Below, piece by piece: positions 13,472 to 26,484 of a stretch of DNA of 64,000 nt. The stretch covers positions 952,101 to 1,016,100 of the forward strand of contig NC_092677.1 of NCBI RefSeq assembly GCF_964355755.1, written 5' to 3'. The number at the start of each line of letters is the position of its first letter. Positions within the stretch are counted from its first letter, which is position 1. The position numbers were made by a program, and so were the translations under genes. This stretch comes from Antedon mediterranea (lineage: Eukaryota > Animalia > Echinodermata). The notes beneath the pieces are model-generated. The model was not told the DNA's origin. It did not search any database and was given only the letters and a program-made list of their open reading frames with translations.

Positions 13472-16400
13472 TTATTTCCCTTTTCCTTTCTCTCTGTTTA
13501 CATCAGATGTGGTATCCAACATCATGTGAGTAGGATGTATTATTTTAACCAATCGTCCTATTTTAACTTCATACTTTCTTGGACCTAATACCTTTATTAC
13601 TATGCCATTTAGCCATTTATCTTGTCCTTTACCTTGTGTTCTCATGTTTTTCACTTTTACTTTGTCTGACACTGAAAAGATTCTTTCTGATTGTGTTTTA
13701 GGATCTTTATGTAGTTTTTGGCTATATTGTTTACATTCTATTCGTTCTGCTAAACTAGGATTTACTAATGACAGTCTTGTTCTTAAATTTCTTTTCAGAA
13801 ATAATTCAGATGGTGTACACTTAGTAGTTGTATGAGGTGTCATTCTGTATCTGAATAAAAAGTTAGCTAGTCTAACTTTGATATTATCTTTTTTGCCTTC
13901 ATCACTTGTTTTGTTAACGCCTCTTTAATTACTCTAACCGATCTTTCGGCAGCCCCATTTGTGGGTGCATGATAAACAGGTGAAAACGTTAATGCAATAC
14001 CATTATTTTGGCAAAATATTTTAAAGTCTGTACTTGCAAACTGAGGACCGTTATCACAAACAATTTCCTCGGGTAAACCGAAACGTGCAAATATTAGTTT
14101 TAGTTCCTCAATGGTTCTAGTACTAGTGGTTGTTTTCATATGAACTACCTCTAACCACTTTGAGTGACTATCAATTAACACTAAGAAATTATCTTTATCC
14201 TTCTCACAAAAATCAATGTGAATTCTCTGGAATGGTCTGGCCATTTCCAAGGAATAAGTGGTGTGGTAGGTAAACTACTCCTAACACTTTGGCATGGATT
14301 ACAACTCTTAACCATATTCTCAATATCTAGATCAAGCTTAGGCCACCACAGGTATGATCGGGCAATTGCCTTCATCTGGCAAATTCCAGGGTGTTCCCAA
14401 TGTAATTCTGTTAGCATTTTATCTCGTAATTCAGTAGGAATAATAACTCTAGGACCCCATAATAGGCAATTTCCAACACATGTTAGCTCAAGCTTTCTCT
14501 GTACAAATGGTTTCAAACTATTATTTTCACTTAGAAGTTTACCTGCAGCCTCATTAGGCCATCCTTGCTTTACATAATTAAGTACCTTACTTAAAGTTTC
14601 ATCTTTAATAGTCTTTCGTTCAATTTCATCTGCTTTGATTGGAAAGTCTTCATCAATACTGATACTGTAGATCGCATGTTCAAGTTGTTGGGTTTCTTCT
14701 TTATGCGGTAAGCGCGATAATGCGTCTGCCACTGCGTTATCCTCTGAACGTATGTATTCTATTTCGTAGTTGTATTCGTTAAGTAGTAACGCCCACCGTT
14801 GGATTCTACTAGCTGCCACTACCGACACCTCGGTGGTTGGACCTAGTATCTTAGTTAATGGTTTGTGGTCCGTACGAATCATAAATTTTCGACCTATGAG
14901 ATACTTGTTAAAGCGCTTGATTCCATAAATAATTGATAACGCTTCCTTCTCGAGCTGTGCATAACCTTGTTCACTCTTTGTTAGCGTTCGCGATGCGTAA
15001 TGAATGGGTCTCTCTGTATTATCATCCATTATGTGCGAAATAACAGCACCTATGCCATAAGGACTAGCATCAGTACACAAAATTAATGGTCGCTTTACAT
15101 CATAATGTGTTAAATACAAATCTGAAGTTAGTTGTTTCTTACACCAGTCAAATGCGTTTTGGTGATCCGCTGTCCATTCCCACTCTACGTCATCTTTCAA
15201 CAGTGTATTTAATGGTTTCAATACTGTAGATAAGTTCTGTAAGAATTTCGAATAGAACTGCACCATCCCTAGGAAGGATCTTAGTTGTTTGGTGTTTTGT
15301 GGCTGCGGAGCCTCTTTAATCGGTTTGATTTTGCTATCAACCGGAGATATACCATGTTTGTCGACTCGCAATCCCAAATACACTACTTCGCTTTCCAAAA
15401 ATTTGCACTTGGAAGTTTTTAGTTTTACATTGTTGTCTTTGAAACGTTTAAATACAGTCTCTAATACTCTTAAGTTCTCGGCTTCGGTTTTCGTATGGAT
15501 CAAAACATCATCTTGATTGCATAAGCAACATTCAATCCCTGTTAACATCTTATCCATTTGTTTTTGGAACAGCTTTGATGCAGGTTTAATTCCATACGGC
15601 AGTTTGTTAAACGAATACAGACCTTTGTGTGTGTTTATAGTTACAAACTCTTTACTCTCTTCGTCAATATTCAACTGTGTGTACGCATGTGATAAGTCAA
15701 GCTTTGTAAATACACGTTTTCCTGAAAGTTCAGAGTACAAATCATCAGCACTGGGTAAGCTGTATTCTTCATCTGTTACATGTTGGTTTATGGTAACACT
15801 ATAGTCCCCACAAATTCTAACAGTACCGTCGGATTTAGGAACCACTACTATAGGTGATGCCCAATTTGATTTTTCTACTTTCGTTAGTACATGTTCATTT
15901 TCTAATCTAACCAACTCTCTTTCTACTTTAGATTTCATTGCATATGGTACAAATCTAGCTTTACAATATATGGGTTGAACATTTTGTTTCATGTTAATAT
16001 GAACTTTTTCTCCTGTAATACCTTTCTTATTAGACTCAAACAATTGTGCATGTTCTTTTAACACTGCCTGTAACTGAGAATTATCTCACAAATTTACACC
16101 TTTATCTTTTTGCAGACTATTTACATTTCTGGAATTTAAGTTTTGGGTTATTTTTGACCAGTCTAGTTTAACCACATTAAGCCAATCTACACCAAGTAAA
16201 GTCGGTTTAGCTTTATAGTCAGCTACGTTAGCACTCAGATAGTGTATGACATTTTGTTTGTCAACAACTTTACACTTAATTTTTCCAATTAACTTAAGTT
16301 TCTCACCACTGTATGTTCTAAGAGGAATAACATCTGGGTCAATTTTAATAATGACTAAAATATTTGTTGTAGGTATCAATAGACATTATAGTATCATCAG

Positions 16401-16680
16401 CTTGAGTATCAATTAGCATTTCAAGATTAACATCATTTACGTTTAAAATGGTTTTGAAATGACTTCTATCTATCTTATTATTACTTAATACAAACATTGA
16501 ATGATCACTGTCGCTATCATCTGAGAACCCTCGTTCTGTTTGATTGACACGTCTAGCTCGTGCTCGTGTACTTCCTGTTTGATTACCGCGTCTTCTATTA
16601 CCACCGCGTGAACCTTGGTCGTTATATCTCTGGTTGTTTCTACCACGTGAAGAATTTCCCTTGTGTGTACTCTTTGAATA
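13472..16680 (-). pseudogene. Gypsy gag C-terminus and pol (protease, RT, RNase H, integrase), with frameshifts and a stop
   Basis: LIDTQA (protease), WASPIVVVPK..VRICGDY, KLDLSHAY, NQDD, TDASPYGIGAV, EKEAL, TDHKPL, HWEHPG..C..C, RIHIDF, DNGPQF, NGAAER. Confidence 0.92.
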
Positions 16681-19600
16681 TAGTCTGGTAGTTGAACCAA
16701 CAATATAGGCCCTACCCGGAAGAAAATGGTACAAAGCAAATTTTTTTACATCATTAGAAGCGCAATTTTATGGAGAACAACATATCCAAAATCGACAAAA
16801 ATCCAGCTTGGGGAAAACATTTTAGTTACGTTTTTCTACTGCCTCCTCTACGGGCCTAGTAATTAACACAGGGACCTGAAATGCATTGCCAGCCTTATCT
16901 AGCACAGTCAGTGACTAGGCCTAGGGCCTAGGCCTACCTAGGCTAGGAGTGTCAAGTAGCAATTAGTTTTACTCAAATTATTTACTATATTGTACATTGC
17001 CTAAAATGTCTACAAATATTAATAAAATGATTATTTGTTTACCAATCTTCAAACATTTTGTGTTCAGGTTTGTAGTTATAGCCTACTTACAAAGTTAAAA
17101 TAAGAAATCTGATTTACCACACACAATCATCACACACACACAGTGTAAATCTGTGACCTTTATTTAACCTAAGGGCATTGCCTAGCTAGCAATGTAAGCT
17201 TAATTCTGATTGGTGTATTTAGTATTTTGTATGCAAACTTCATCTATTAGGCCAATCAAAAAAGTTAATATACATTTAGGTTTTTTAAATTATTCATTTT
17301 CTGAAAAACTTTTTTGAGCATGGTTTTTTATGTTAGTTAGGATGTTTTCGGTATTAAACAAAATCTTATGAATAATATTATTTATTAATATCTAATTAGC
17401 AGTTTAAGTTATATATTTTATATATATAATTTGTGTAAAATGTCTAGTTAAGCTACATTTAGATATTGGTAGAGCCTAAAAGATCAGACACATCATAGGT
17501 CTACAGCAGTGAGAATAATTTTTGATATCAATACAAAAGTCAAAGATGGAAAATATTAATGTCTATAACAACTTTAATGAAGACCATTGTGTGATATGTA
17601 CACTTGGCTTTGAGTATGATGTTGTGCCAGTCAATGTAACAAGAAAGGAAATTCTCACCATGATTGAGTTCAGTAAAAAACGTGGACATTTAGATTTGTT
17701 AAATTATTTAACTGAATGTGCCAAGTCCACACCAATTGGTAAAGTATTAGTTCATAAGAAATGTCGTGGAAAATTTACAAATGAAAGAGTTCCAGTTTGG
17801 CGTGATGAAGAATGTGAGGATGATGTTTCAAGTGTGAAAAGGCTACGATCTAATGATTTACCATTCAACTGGAAGAGAGATTGTTTTTTGTGCGGGAAAT
17901 CCACCACAGTTGATACTAGGCATCCAAATAGAACACCACGTGTACATATTGTTACAACATTACCGATTCGTGGTAGACTTTTGGAGAAATGCGCAGCACG
18001 AGCAGACTCTTGGGCTTCTGAAATTGAAAAGCGTCTGCATGGATGTATAGATCTAGTTGCAGCAGAAGCTGTTTATCATCATGATTGTTTTTCACGTTAT
18101 ATGCTAAAGAAAGAGCTCTCATCAAAGACGATGTAAAAAAGCAGCAAGGAAGGCATGAACACCAAGAAATGCTGCAATGTTTTGAAAAACTGTGCCAGTG
18201 GCTGGAATTAGACGCTGGTGCAGAACTCTACAGTCTTACAGAATTACACACAAAGATGAGAGAGTTAGCTGAAGAGTCTATAATATACTCAGTTAAAAGA
18301 CTAAAACAAAAGCTAGAAGAACGTTACAAACAATTTATTTTCTTTGCGGAGGTTGAAGGACGTGGGAATATTGTTTGTTTCAAAAACATGGCAAAGTACA
18401 TACTTAATGAGAAATGGTACTCGGAGAGAAAACAAAACATTGAAGATGAATCAGAGCGAATTGTATGTGCTGCAGCAAATATCTTACGAGCAGAAATAAG
18501 AGAAAGTAAATACAACACTGAATCATATCCCATGAATGAAGACATCGGCAATATTGAACGAGGCAAAATCTGGATACCCCGTCAATTACAAACTTTTTTG
18601 AAATATTTGATTCCATCAGAACTGAAGCAGAACACCATCGGTCATACTATTGTGCAGGCAGCCCGTCCAAGAACGGTTATAACCCCAACTTTATTTGGAT
18701 TAGGTGTGGAGATGGATCATGTATTTGGATCGAAATGGCTAATAAATGAACTTTCAAGATTAGGATTCTCAATTAGTTCTGATGAGGTAACCAGATATAA
18801 GCAATCTGTAATTCAAAGTGAATCAATGGAAAACCTACTTTCAGAATACTTTCCTGGAACATTCACGCAATGGGTTGGTGATAATGTTGGTGATAATGTT
18901 GACCATAACGTAGCGACACTAGATGGACAAGGGACATTTCATGGTATGGGCATCATAGCTGTGTCAACCCCAAGCAGTGGAAGATTACTTACATCAAAGT
19001 CACGACAAATATGTAGACAAAATCGGATGAAAGTAAATGACTTGACCAATAACAAGGGTGTGCCAATATACCAGTTCAACGGTGTACAGAAACAAGGACT
19101 GGCTTCAATCACATTTAAACCTCTTCTTCATTTACAAACTCCATATACATTGCCACCAGAACTTTATTCTAACTTACTCTGGCATTCTGGATGGATGTTC
19201 ACCAACGCAACAAAGCCGAGACCGAATTGGTCGGGATTTATGCAAACTTTGTTTTCTACAAATTCCACAGCAAAATCCGAGGTGCTGATGTTACCAATTA
19301 TTGACTTAAATCCCACAGATGAGACGTGCATATATTCAACTTTGTTATACATAGAAAATCAAGCACGGGCATTACACATACAGACCCCATGTATAACGTT
19401 CGACCAACCGCTGTGGCTTAAAGCTGTTGACATCATTCAGTCTAAATCTATGAAAATAGTTTGTAGGCTAGGAGGTTTTCACCTCATGATGAGCTTTTTG
19501 GGATCGATGATGAAGGACTCTGGATTAGAAGAAGCTATGGAAAAAGTATATGGCTCTAATGCTGTTCTCCACATTATGTCTGGGAAAGCCGTTTCCAGGG

Positions 19601-22600
19601 CATTACGCGGACATTTCCTGGTTGAGGCAGCATTAGTGAATATACTAATGCAGACCGTTTTGAAATCCAACTCTGGATACCCACTGCAGGAAGTTGAGGA
19701 GATAGAAACTGATGAGATATATGACCTACCATTCACTTCTCATGATGCCAATATCCAAAATGATGACAGTAATGTTGAATATAATGTAAATGTTGACATT
19801 CAAGATGATGATGAATTAGGAAATGAAGAATCAATTCAATCAACTATTGATATTGATGAAGTAATGCCAACTGACGGAAAAGTAACCATCGATGATGTTG
19901 AAAAGCTACGTGTATTGTATACTGGCATAATGGATAAGGTAATACCTATTGGCGAATCTGCTGATTCATATGAGTTGATGAAGTTAGACGAAGCTATGAG
20001 AAAATTTAAAGATGAACTTGCTGAATCAAGGACAGCAAAGCTATGGTTGCAATATATAGAGTATGTTGAAATACTCAAGCTATTTATCCGATCGGAAAGA
20101 ACTGGAAACTGGAACTTGCATCTTGTAGCAGTGGGCAAGATGATGAATTTATTTGCTGCAACTGGTCATATTAACTATGCAAAAAGTTCCCGACTGTACC
20201 TTCAATTAATGTTAGAATTACCCAATGAATATCCTTGGCTTCATCAATGCTTTGCTGAGCATGGATGTCATACTGTTCGCAGATCTGATAGATTTTGGGC
20301 AGGTATATGGACTGACCTGACTATAGAACAAGTAATAATGAGATCCATAAAGAGCAGAGGAGGACTAACAAGAGGTAGAGGCATGACTGAAACTGCTCAC
20401 TTGCAATGGATATACAGCATGCACAAATGTGCTGGGGTGCATGATGCCATGACAACAATGACCAAATTGAAGCATAGGACAAGTGAGCAACATATTGAAA
20501 TGAGTACCTCACGACGAAATCGGGATTATAAAGACCTTCTGAGTATCCAGGAGTGGTTCACTCACCATCAGCCCTTTAATTCAAATGTACACACATTAAG
20601 ATCATTGTCATCTGGATTAATTTCAACTGATGGTGATGGTATAAATTGTGACAGAACTGAGGAAATAGGACAGAGAATTCTTAAAAAATTAGATAATGTG
20701 GTTGTAGTAGAGGCATCGATTAAACGTAGCGAGCAAGTGCATTCTTTAGATCACCTGCAACCAGGAATCAAATTGGATAAGCAGACAGTTCACATCAATC
20801 CAACAGTACTCTTCACTCGATTGATAGCAATAGTGCAAAGAGAGGAGGACATGACCTCATATTTTAAATATGAACTTACAACTGTTCCAACTTCTCTCTT
20901 TAAGGACAATTTCATGAGGAAACCAAACAAGGCACAACTAGGAAATGTACTTATAAAAGATACACAATCACTTACACGAAACCAACATACAATGTATGTT
21001 TTAGATGGAGGAGCTCTTGTACACAGATTTAAATGGGCAAAAGGGGCAACATATAAAGATATAGCCATGCAGTATGGAGATGCGTAAAAAATGTGGAGAT
21101 TCATGCATTGTGTTCGATGGGTATGAAAAGGGACCATCAATAAAAGACCATGAGCATCAAAGGCGTGTTGGAAGAACATCCGCCGATATTCAACTGAATG
21201 AATTAATGCAAGCACATCGTAATCAGCACATATTTCTATCGAACGAGAAAAATAAATGTCAATTCATTGAATTGTTAAGCTGCTACCTCAAAAAAGATGG
21301 GCATGTAGTTCATACAAGTACCGGAGATGCTGATACAATGATTGTTTCATTTGCTCTAGAGTACGCACGGCAAGGGCAAACTGTTGATGTGGTAGCCGAT
21401 GACACAGACGTGCTTGTGTTGCTGATGTACCACTTTAACCCAACTATGGCAGATATATACTTCCATTCTGAAGCGAAACAGTCATATAATAAAGAACTAA
21501 AGTTGTGGAAAATTCTTGATCTTGTCAAGAATACTGGCAATGATGTAACATCACATTTGTTATTCGCTCATGCTTGGAGTGGCTGCGATACAACATCTGC
21601 CATATTTGGCCAAGGAAAAACTAGTCTTCTGAAGAAAATCCGTAGTTCCAAGGAATTACAACAGTTATCTAAGTCAATTAGTGATGAGAGTGCAACAGTA
21701 GAAGATATTGGAAAAGCTGGACTTGAAGTATTCAAAATAATCTACGGTGGCAAAAACTGTGAATCTTTAAACAACTTACGGTATGTGAAATTTATGGAAA
21801 TGATAGCATCAAAATCGTCTATTGAGCCTCAAAAACTTCCACCTACAGAGAGAGCAGCATATTTCCATAGCCTGCGGGTACATTTACAGATACTTGTGTG
21901 GTCAAAACTAAATACTGACTTGGACCCTTTACAATGGGGTTGGAAATGCGAAGGAACCCATCTAACTCCAATCATGACAGATTCTGCTGCAGCACCAGAC
22001 ACATTACTAAAGTTTGTTCGTTGCAAGTGCAAATTATCATCCAACAACCCATGTGGTACAAATTTATGTTCATGTCGTAAAAATGGACTGAAATGCGTAA
22101 CATCATGTGGAGATTGCAGAGGGGACAGTTGTAAAAATTCAGAGGAATTGGTTGTTGATGAATCAGATGAAGACTAGTAAAAAAGAATGGTATGGCCTAA
22201 TTTTATAATTAAGTCGATTTTATTACAAAATGTTCCATCTTCCATCTAAATTGTTTATGGTTTCAAAATGATCTCTTTAATGTCGTTTATTTTAAAAACT
22301 TGTCATTAGTATGAATAGAAATGTTCACTTTACGAACAATTTAAGACAAATTTTAAATTTGTACACCCAGTATTTATTGAGATATCGAAATATGAGGTCA
22401 AAGGTCAAGATGTCAAGAAATAAACTTTCCCGCCATTTTTTGTTGTCATAAGAGCAAATAGAAATATGTACATAACAAACAATTAGAGACCAAATTAAAG
22501 ACTCTGCAGTTAGCGGTTTCCAAGATACGATCATAATGACTGTAAGAGTGGTTTTTTAAGTAAATTGACAAAATAAAAGTAAAACGCGTCTAAAAAATTT

Positions 22601-22722
22601 TCCCCAAGTTGGATTTTTGTCGATTTTGGATATGTTATTCTCCATAAAATTGCGCTTCCAACGATGTAAAAATTTGCTTTGTACCATTTTTTTCCCGGTT
22701 CAACCCTTCAACTACCAGACTA
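16681..22722 (+). mobile_element. Academ (AcademX-type) DNA transposon, full length
   Basis: TIR TAGTCTGGTAGTTGAA...TTCAACTACCAGACTA extending ~150 bp; 3-bp TSD ATA (16678-16680, 22723-22725); splits gag at AAQCY|SKSTH. Confidence 0.92.
17546..22177 (+). pseudogene. Academ transposase with XPG/PIN-like nuclease region and Cys-rich C-terminus, split into three ORFs by two frameshifts
   Basis: DLVAAEAVYHHDC; DNVDHN..TLDGQGTFHGMGII; TFDQPLW; RLGGFH; FAATGHINYA; DLTIEQ; LDGGAL; IVFDGY; DADT; DDTDVLVLL; HAWSGCDTTS; CKCK..C..CSC..C..C..C. Confidence 0.88.
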
Positions 22723-22725
22723 ATA

Positions 22726-23434
22726 ACACTGTGCTGCGTAATGTCCTACTCTTGAACAACGATAGCATATTCTATTGCTAGCTGGACACTGTGAAGCGGT
22801 ATGGCCTGGTGTAGAACCACACTTATTACATTGCTTCGATTGAGTTATTTTATTAACTGAATGATCTGCCTTAGTCTCGCCACTACGACTAGGCATACTA
22901 CTACTAGTATTATCACCGTTCTCCATTTCATTAGATTGTTTAGTTGTTAGTTCATTTGTCCTACCATGTAGAAGTAACTCATCTAATGTACATCCACCCG
23001 TTTTCAAACCAAATTTTCTTAGCTTAGAATCTGTTGTCGATTGAATAATATGTGATTTAATCTCTCCACTAATATCATGGAAATCACACTTATGAGCTTG
23101 TTCACGTAGTCTAATGTGATACACGTCAATGCTCTCACCTTTTTTTTTGCTGTAACTTTCTAAATTTCGATCTTTTAAATTCACTGTTCGATGATGGTAA
23201 GAAGTAATTTTTCAAAGCTTCTTTTGCCTGTACGTATGTCGTACCTTTATTTGGTAGCATTTCAAATGTGTTAAAGTTACCTGGGCCAATGAAGTGTAGC
23301 AGTAGTGCTCTCTTCCTTACGTCAACAGTCACGTTCGCCGCCCCTAAGTAGTTATCAAACCTGGCGATCCACCATCTCGCCCATTCTTGTATGGTTGGAT
23401 CAAAATACTCCACCGATATGTCAAATTTAGACAT
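22726..23434 (-). pseudogene. Gypsy gag N-terminal part with two CCHC knuckles, frameshifted
   Basis: Mag-type start (W..W..RF..Y), CNKCGSTPGHTASQC and CYRCSRVGHYAAQC; frameshift near the T run at ~23140-23148. Confidence 0.88.
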
Positions 23435-23489
23435 TATTGCTTACTTATAATATTCACGGAGTTCACTTATCCACAATTCTCGTCGCCAA

Positions 23490-23818
23490 TGTTATATATT
23501 GTGCTCTGGGAATGAATGATTACACTAAGTATTTCACTAAGAAATCAGACCATGTGCTAATGTTCAGCCATCTTGTAGAACTCCTTTATTAAGGGTCTTT
23601 CACACCTGTTCCGGCACGGTTCCGGTCCGGCGAATCGAACATCAATGTTTCGTTTTCACGCGGCTATGCGCCAATCGATATGCGCGTAGCCGCGTGAAAA
23701 CGAAACATTGGCGTTCGATTGGATTTTCCGGCGCCGGACCGGAACCGTGCCGGAACAGGTGTGAAAGACCCTTTAGTCTCCAATCCAGTCGTTAAATTGC
23801 TAATATGAATATATTACA
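23490..23818 (-). repeat. 5' LTR containing a MITE
   Basis: Matches 13151-13295; adjacent PBS is complementary to the 3' end of tRNA-Ser(GCU). Confidence 0.92.
23592..23772. mobile_element. PIF/Harbinger-type MITE, 181 bp, almost fully palindromic
   Basis: TIR AGGGTCTTTCACACCTGTTCCGGCACGGTTCCGGTCCGGCG; TSD TTA; absent from the other LTR. Confidence 0.9.
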
Positions 23819-23823
23819 TCTCT

Positions 23824-24018
23824 GAGCACCCGGTCGCTTGTGGCAAGGCAAATGTGTATCCTGCTCTTTTGTTTGGTCACCTAGGTAGGGGTCCGGGACC
23901 GCGACAGAACGAGAACGGATGGGGACCCTCCAAAGAAATTGCATTTTATTTGTCAGGAATTTGTATGATTTGTATTTTATTTTTTAAATGCGCCCTGAGT
24001 ACTTTTGAGTGGTATGTG
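23824..24018 (+). mobile_element. Probable continuation of the L2-like LINE 3' UTR beyond the Gypsy insertion
   Basis: Joins 13145 across the TSD; ends in taaatgcgccctgag..., resembling an L2 3' tail. Confidence 0.5.
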
Positions 24019-24300
24019 TGTTGAACCCACAAATGTGAAAACGCCCACAAATGTGGAAATAACCACAAATGTGAAAATAACCACAAATGTGAAAACGTAT
24101 CACCCACAAATGTGAAAACAACCACAAAATGTGAAGACGCATCACCCACAAATGTGAAAAAAAACCACAAATGTAAAAAACGCATCACCCTCAAATGTGA
24201 AAACAGCGCCCAGAAATGTGAAAACAACCATCGCCCACAAAATGTGATAACGCCCACAAATGTTTTAAAAAAGAGAGACTTTTTCGCCCACAAATGTAAA
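24019..24300. repeat. End of a TGT-terminated TIR element with CCACAAATGTGAAAA tandem array
   Basis: Reverse complement of 1-217; partner end not found. Confidence 0.75.
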
Positions 24301-25424
24301 AAAAAAATCATATCAAATTTATTGCTAGGCCCAAACAATTTTGATCGAGTTAATGTTAATGTATTTATATACATTGTATTGAGTTGTTCCAACACTTGTG
24401 TGTTCACGATACGTCTGTTAGGGTCGTTGTTAACGCGTTGGATTATTACCATTTTGCTGCTCGTGCGCGCGATATTTGCATTGTGAACTCGTTGGTTTAA
24501 TGTACGTAATAGTTCAAGACAATATTGTTATTTGCTGCGCGCGTGCACGATACTTTTAGTACAGTCACATATGTAAGGAAAACTAGCTCCAGCTCGATAT
24601 TTGTGCCAAGATAGATTTTATTGACTAACTTTGTTATTCTTGTGTTGCTGAATTAAAAAAAGTTAGGTGCCATTTTTTTCGACCACTCCTTCAGCCGCTA
24701 TTTTGTATTTCAAAATGGCCGACATTCCACACTGAACTTTGTCATCCACAAGGGTCATCCATAAAGGTCAAACGGTCAACATTTTAATTTTCTCAAATAC
24801 TTTACTGTTTGGTATCGTAGGATAGCTTTTTTTAAAATTCTGAATACAGTTTTACTAATATCTATTCGATTTTCCTTTGTTTATTGTCATAATTTTCCAA
24901 TATGTAAATAAATTGTTTTTAAATGTACAATGAAAAATGTCTCCTTCGTATTAAGATAAATACGGTTTTTCTTATTGGTTTTACAATTCATTCAAATGTT
25001 GGTAACATTCATCTGGTTATAATAACAATTTCAGTGCGTGAAAATACTTTAGTATAAGTTAAGTTTAACTATCAAGATCCTCGATATGCCCGGTTTTCGC
25101 ATTGCAAGTAAAAAACAAGATCAAACAACCATTTGCTTTGCAGGTAAATTAGTTGCGACGCAAACATGTTGTTTGATCTTGGAGGTAAAGTCATTGATTT
25201 TAGTACCTTTTATTCGAGCAAGTTCATACAACTACTACAGCAGAAACGTAACTTTGAAAAGTAATCTAGATTTGTCTTATCTGCTAGTTAATGTAGTTTT
25301 ATTTATATCCAGTGCAGTGGTGTCTATGTTTCCTGCCAATAGCGTGGTTGCATGTTGTAAGCCTATATATATATATATAAAAAAATCAAGATCAAATAAG
25401 TTAAAACTGCCTCAATATAGATTT

Positions 25425-25468
25425 ATTTAAACGACATGTTTCGGGCATAGCCCATCATCAGGTGAAGA
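25425..25468 (-). ncRNA. Minimal type I hammerhead ribozyme motif (inverted copy)
   Basis: gacatgtttcgggcatagcccatcatcag is the reverse complement of the core at 25616-25644. Confidence 0.72.
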
Positions 25469-25607
25469 GAATTGTAACAAAGGGTAACATATATAAGTCA
25501 CAAAATTACATAATAAAACAAATCAGCCAATCAAAGATGTTAACAAACAAAAGGCATAGTTATAAAGGCACGCCTCCAAAAGCTATGTGTTACCCTTTGT
25601 TACAATT

Positions 25608-25652
25608 CTTTTCACCTGATGATGGGCTATGCCCGAAACATGTCGTTAAAAT
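25608..25652 (+). ncRNA. Minimal type I hammerhead ribozyme motif
   Basis: CTGATGA (25616-25622), stem II GGGC-TAT-GCCC, GAAA, palindromic ACATGT followed by C. Confidence 0.75.
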
Positions 25653-25724
25653 AAATCTATATTGAGGCAGTTTTAACTTATTTGATCTTGATTTTTTTCT
25701 ATATCCTGCCTATGCAGCTCTTTG

Positions 25725-25763
<39 letters not shown>

Positions 25764-25890
25764 TACTACAATATAATACATTACAATTATAATATATTAC
25801 GTGAATAAAAATACGATAAGATGAGGGCGTATCAATTTGATCTCTGTTGCGCGTGTGTACAACTGAGGACTAGTGCTGTTCCGCCGTACC

Positions 25891-26056
25891 TAGTCTGGGT
25901 TCCAGACGGACTTTTGTCTGAATATTAGTAAAAAGATAAATATTTTGGCACATATGGCGTTTCATACGTATACTACTTGATTTTGGATACAAAAATCGCG
26001 GTCGAAATAAATCAAATAAATAAAAAAAAAGATAATACAGACTTGGGGCAAGTCTA
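25891..26056. mobile_element. 166-bp non-autonomous AcademH-like element
   Basis: TAG...CTA termini with short hairpins; 9-bp TSD CGCCGTACC (25882-25890, 26057-26065); empty site in the second tandem copy at ~26421. Confidence 0.75.
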
Positions 26057-26120
26057 CGCCGTACCACGCCGAGAATGTTAAAGAGTCGCTATCCAATCGA
26101 GTTTGAACAATACCATGAAA

Positions 26121-26192
26121 GCCCCAGTGGTCTAATGGTTAGGGCAACTGCATATCAAGCAAGCGGTCCAAGTTCGAGTCTCGGTTGGGGCG
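26121..26192 (+). tRNA. Degenerate tRNA-like copy (anticodon ATC)
   Basis: Same as 26485-26556 with mismatches in the anticodon and T stems. Confidence 0.4.
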
Positions 26193-26484
26193 ACTTTTTC
26201 TCATTCTCACAGATTTCCTCATCTTTATCGTTTCAAATTAATTAATTAAATTTCAGTATATCACCGGGCGGTTTCGAATTAATGTTCATTGCCTAATGTG
26301 TTTATATATATAAAAGTATCTCTTCGGAGATCCCGCCTCGTGAATAAAAATACTGAAAGATGAGGGCGTATCAATTTGATCTCTGGTGCGCGTGCGTACA
26401 ACTGAGGACTAGTGCTGTTCCGCCGTACCACGCCGAGAATGTTAAAGAGTCGCTATCCAATCGAGTTTGAACAATACCATGAAA

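Larger units (their letters stand above)
13151..23818 (-). mobile_element. Full-length Ty3/Gypsy (Mag-like) LTR retrotransposon, interrupted
   Basis: TG..CA LTRs at 13151-13295 and 23490-23818; TSD TCTCT (13146-13150, 23819-23823); PBS TGGCGACGAG at ~23479-23488; polypurine tract at ~13297-13310; gag-PR-RT-RH-IN order. Confidence 0.95.
25378..25700. mobile_element. Penelope-like inverted pseudo-LTR fragment between (TA)n tracts
   Basis: ~110-bp inverted arms (25378-25490 and 25587-25698), each with a hammerhead core. Confidence 0.7.

Noticed and set aside
14218-22047. Antisense ORFs overlapping pol and the Academ transposase
   Set aside because: Shadow frames of real coding sequence with no recognisable motifs
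1-24300. Short repeats with variable gaps at 1-217 and 24019-24300 as a CRISPR array, or as two ends of one 24-kb element
   Set aside because: Gaps are a few bases and recur, the DNA is eukaryotic with no cas genes, and the two termini face away from each other, so they belong to separate copies
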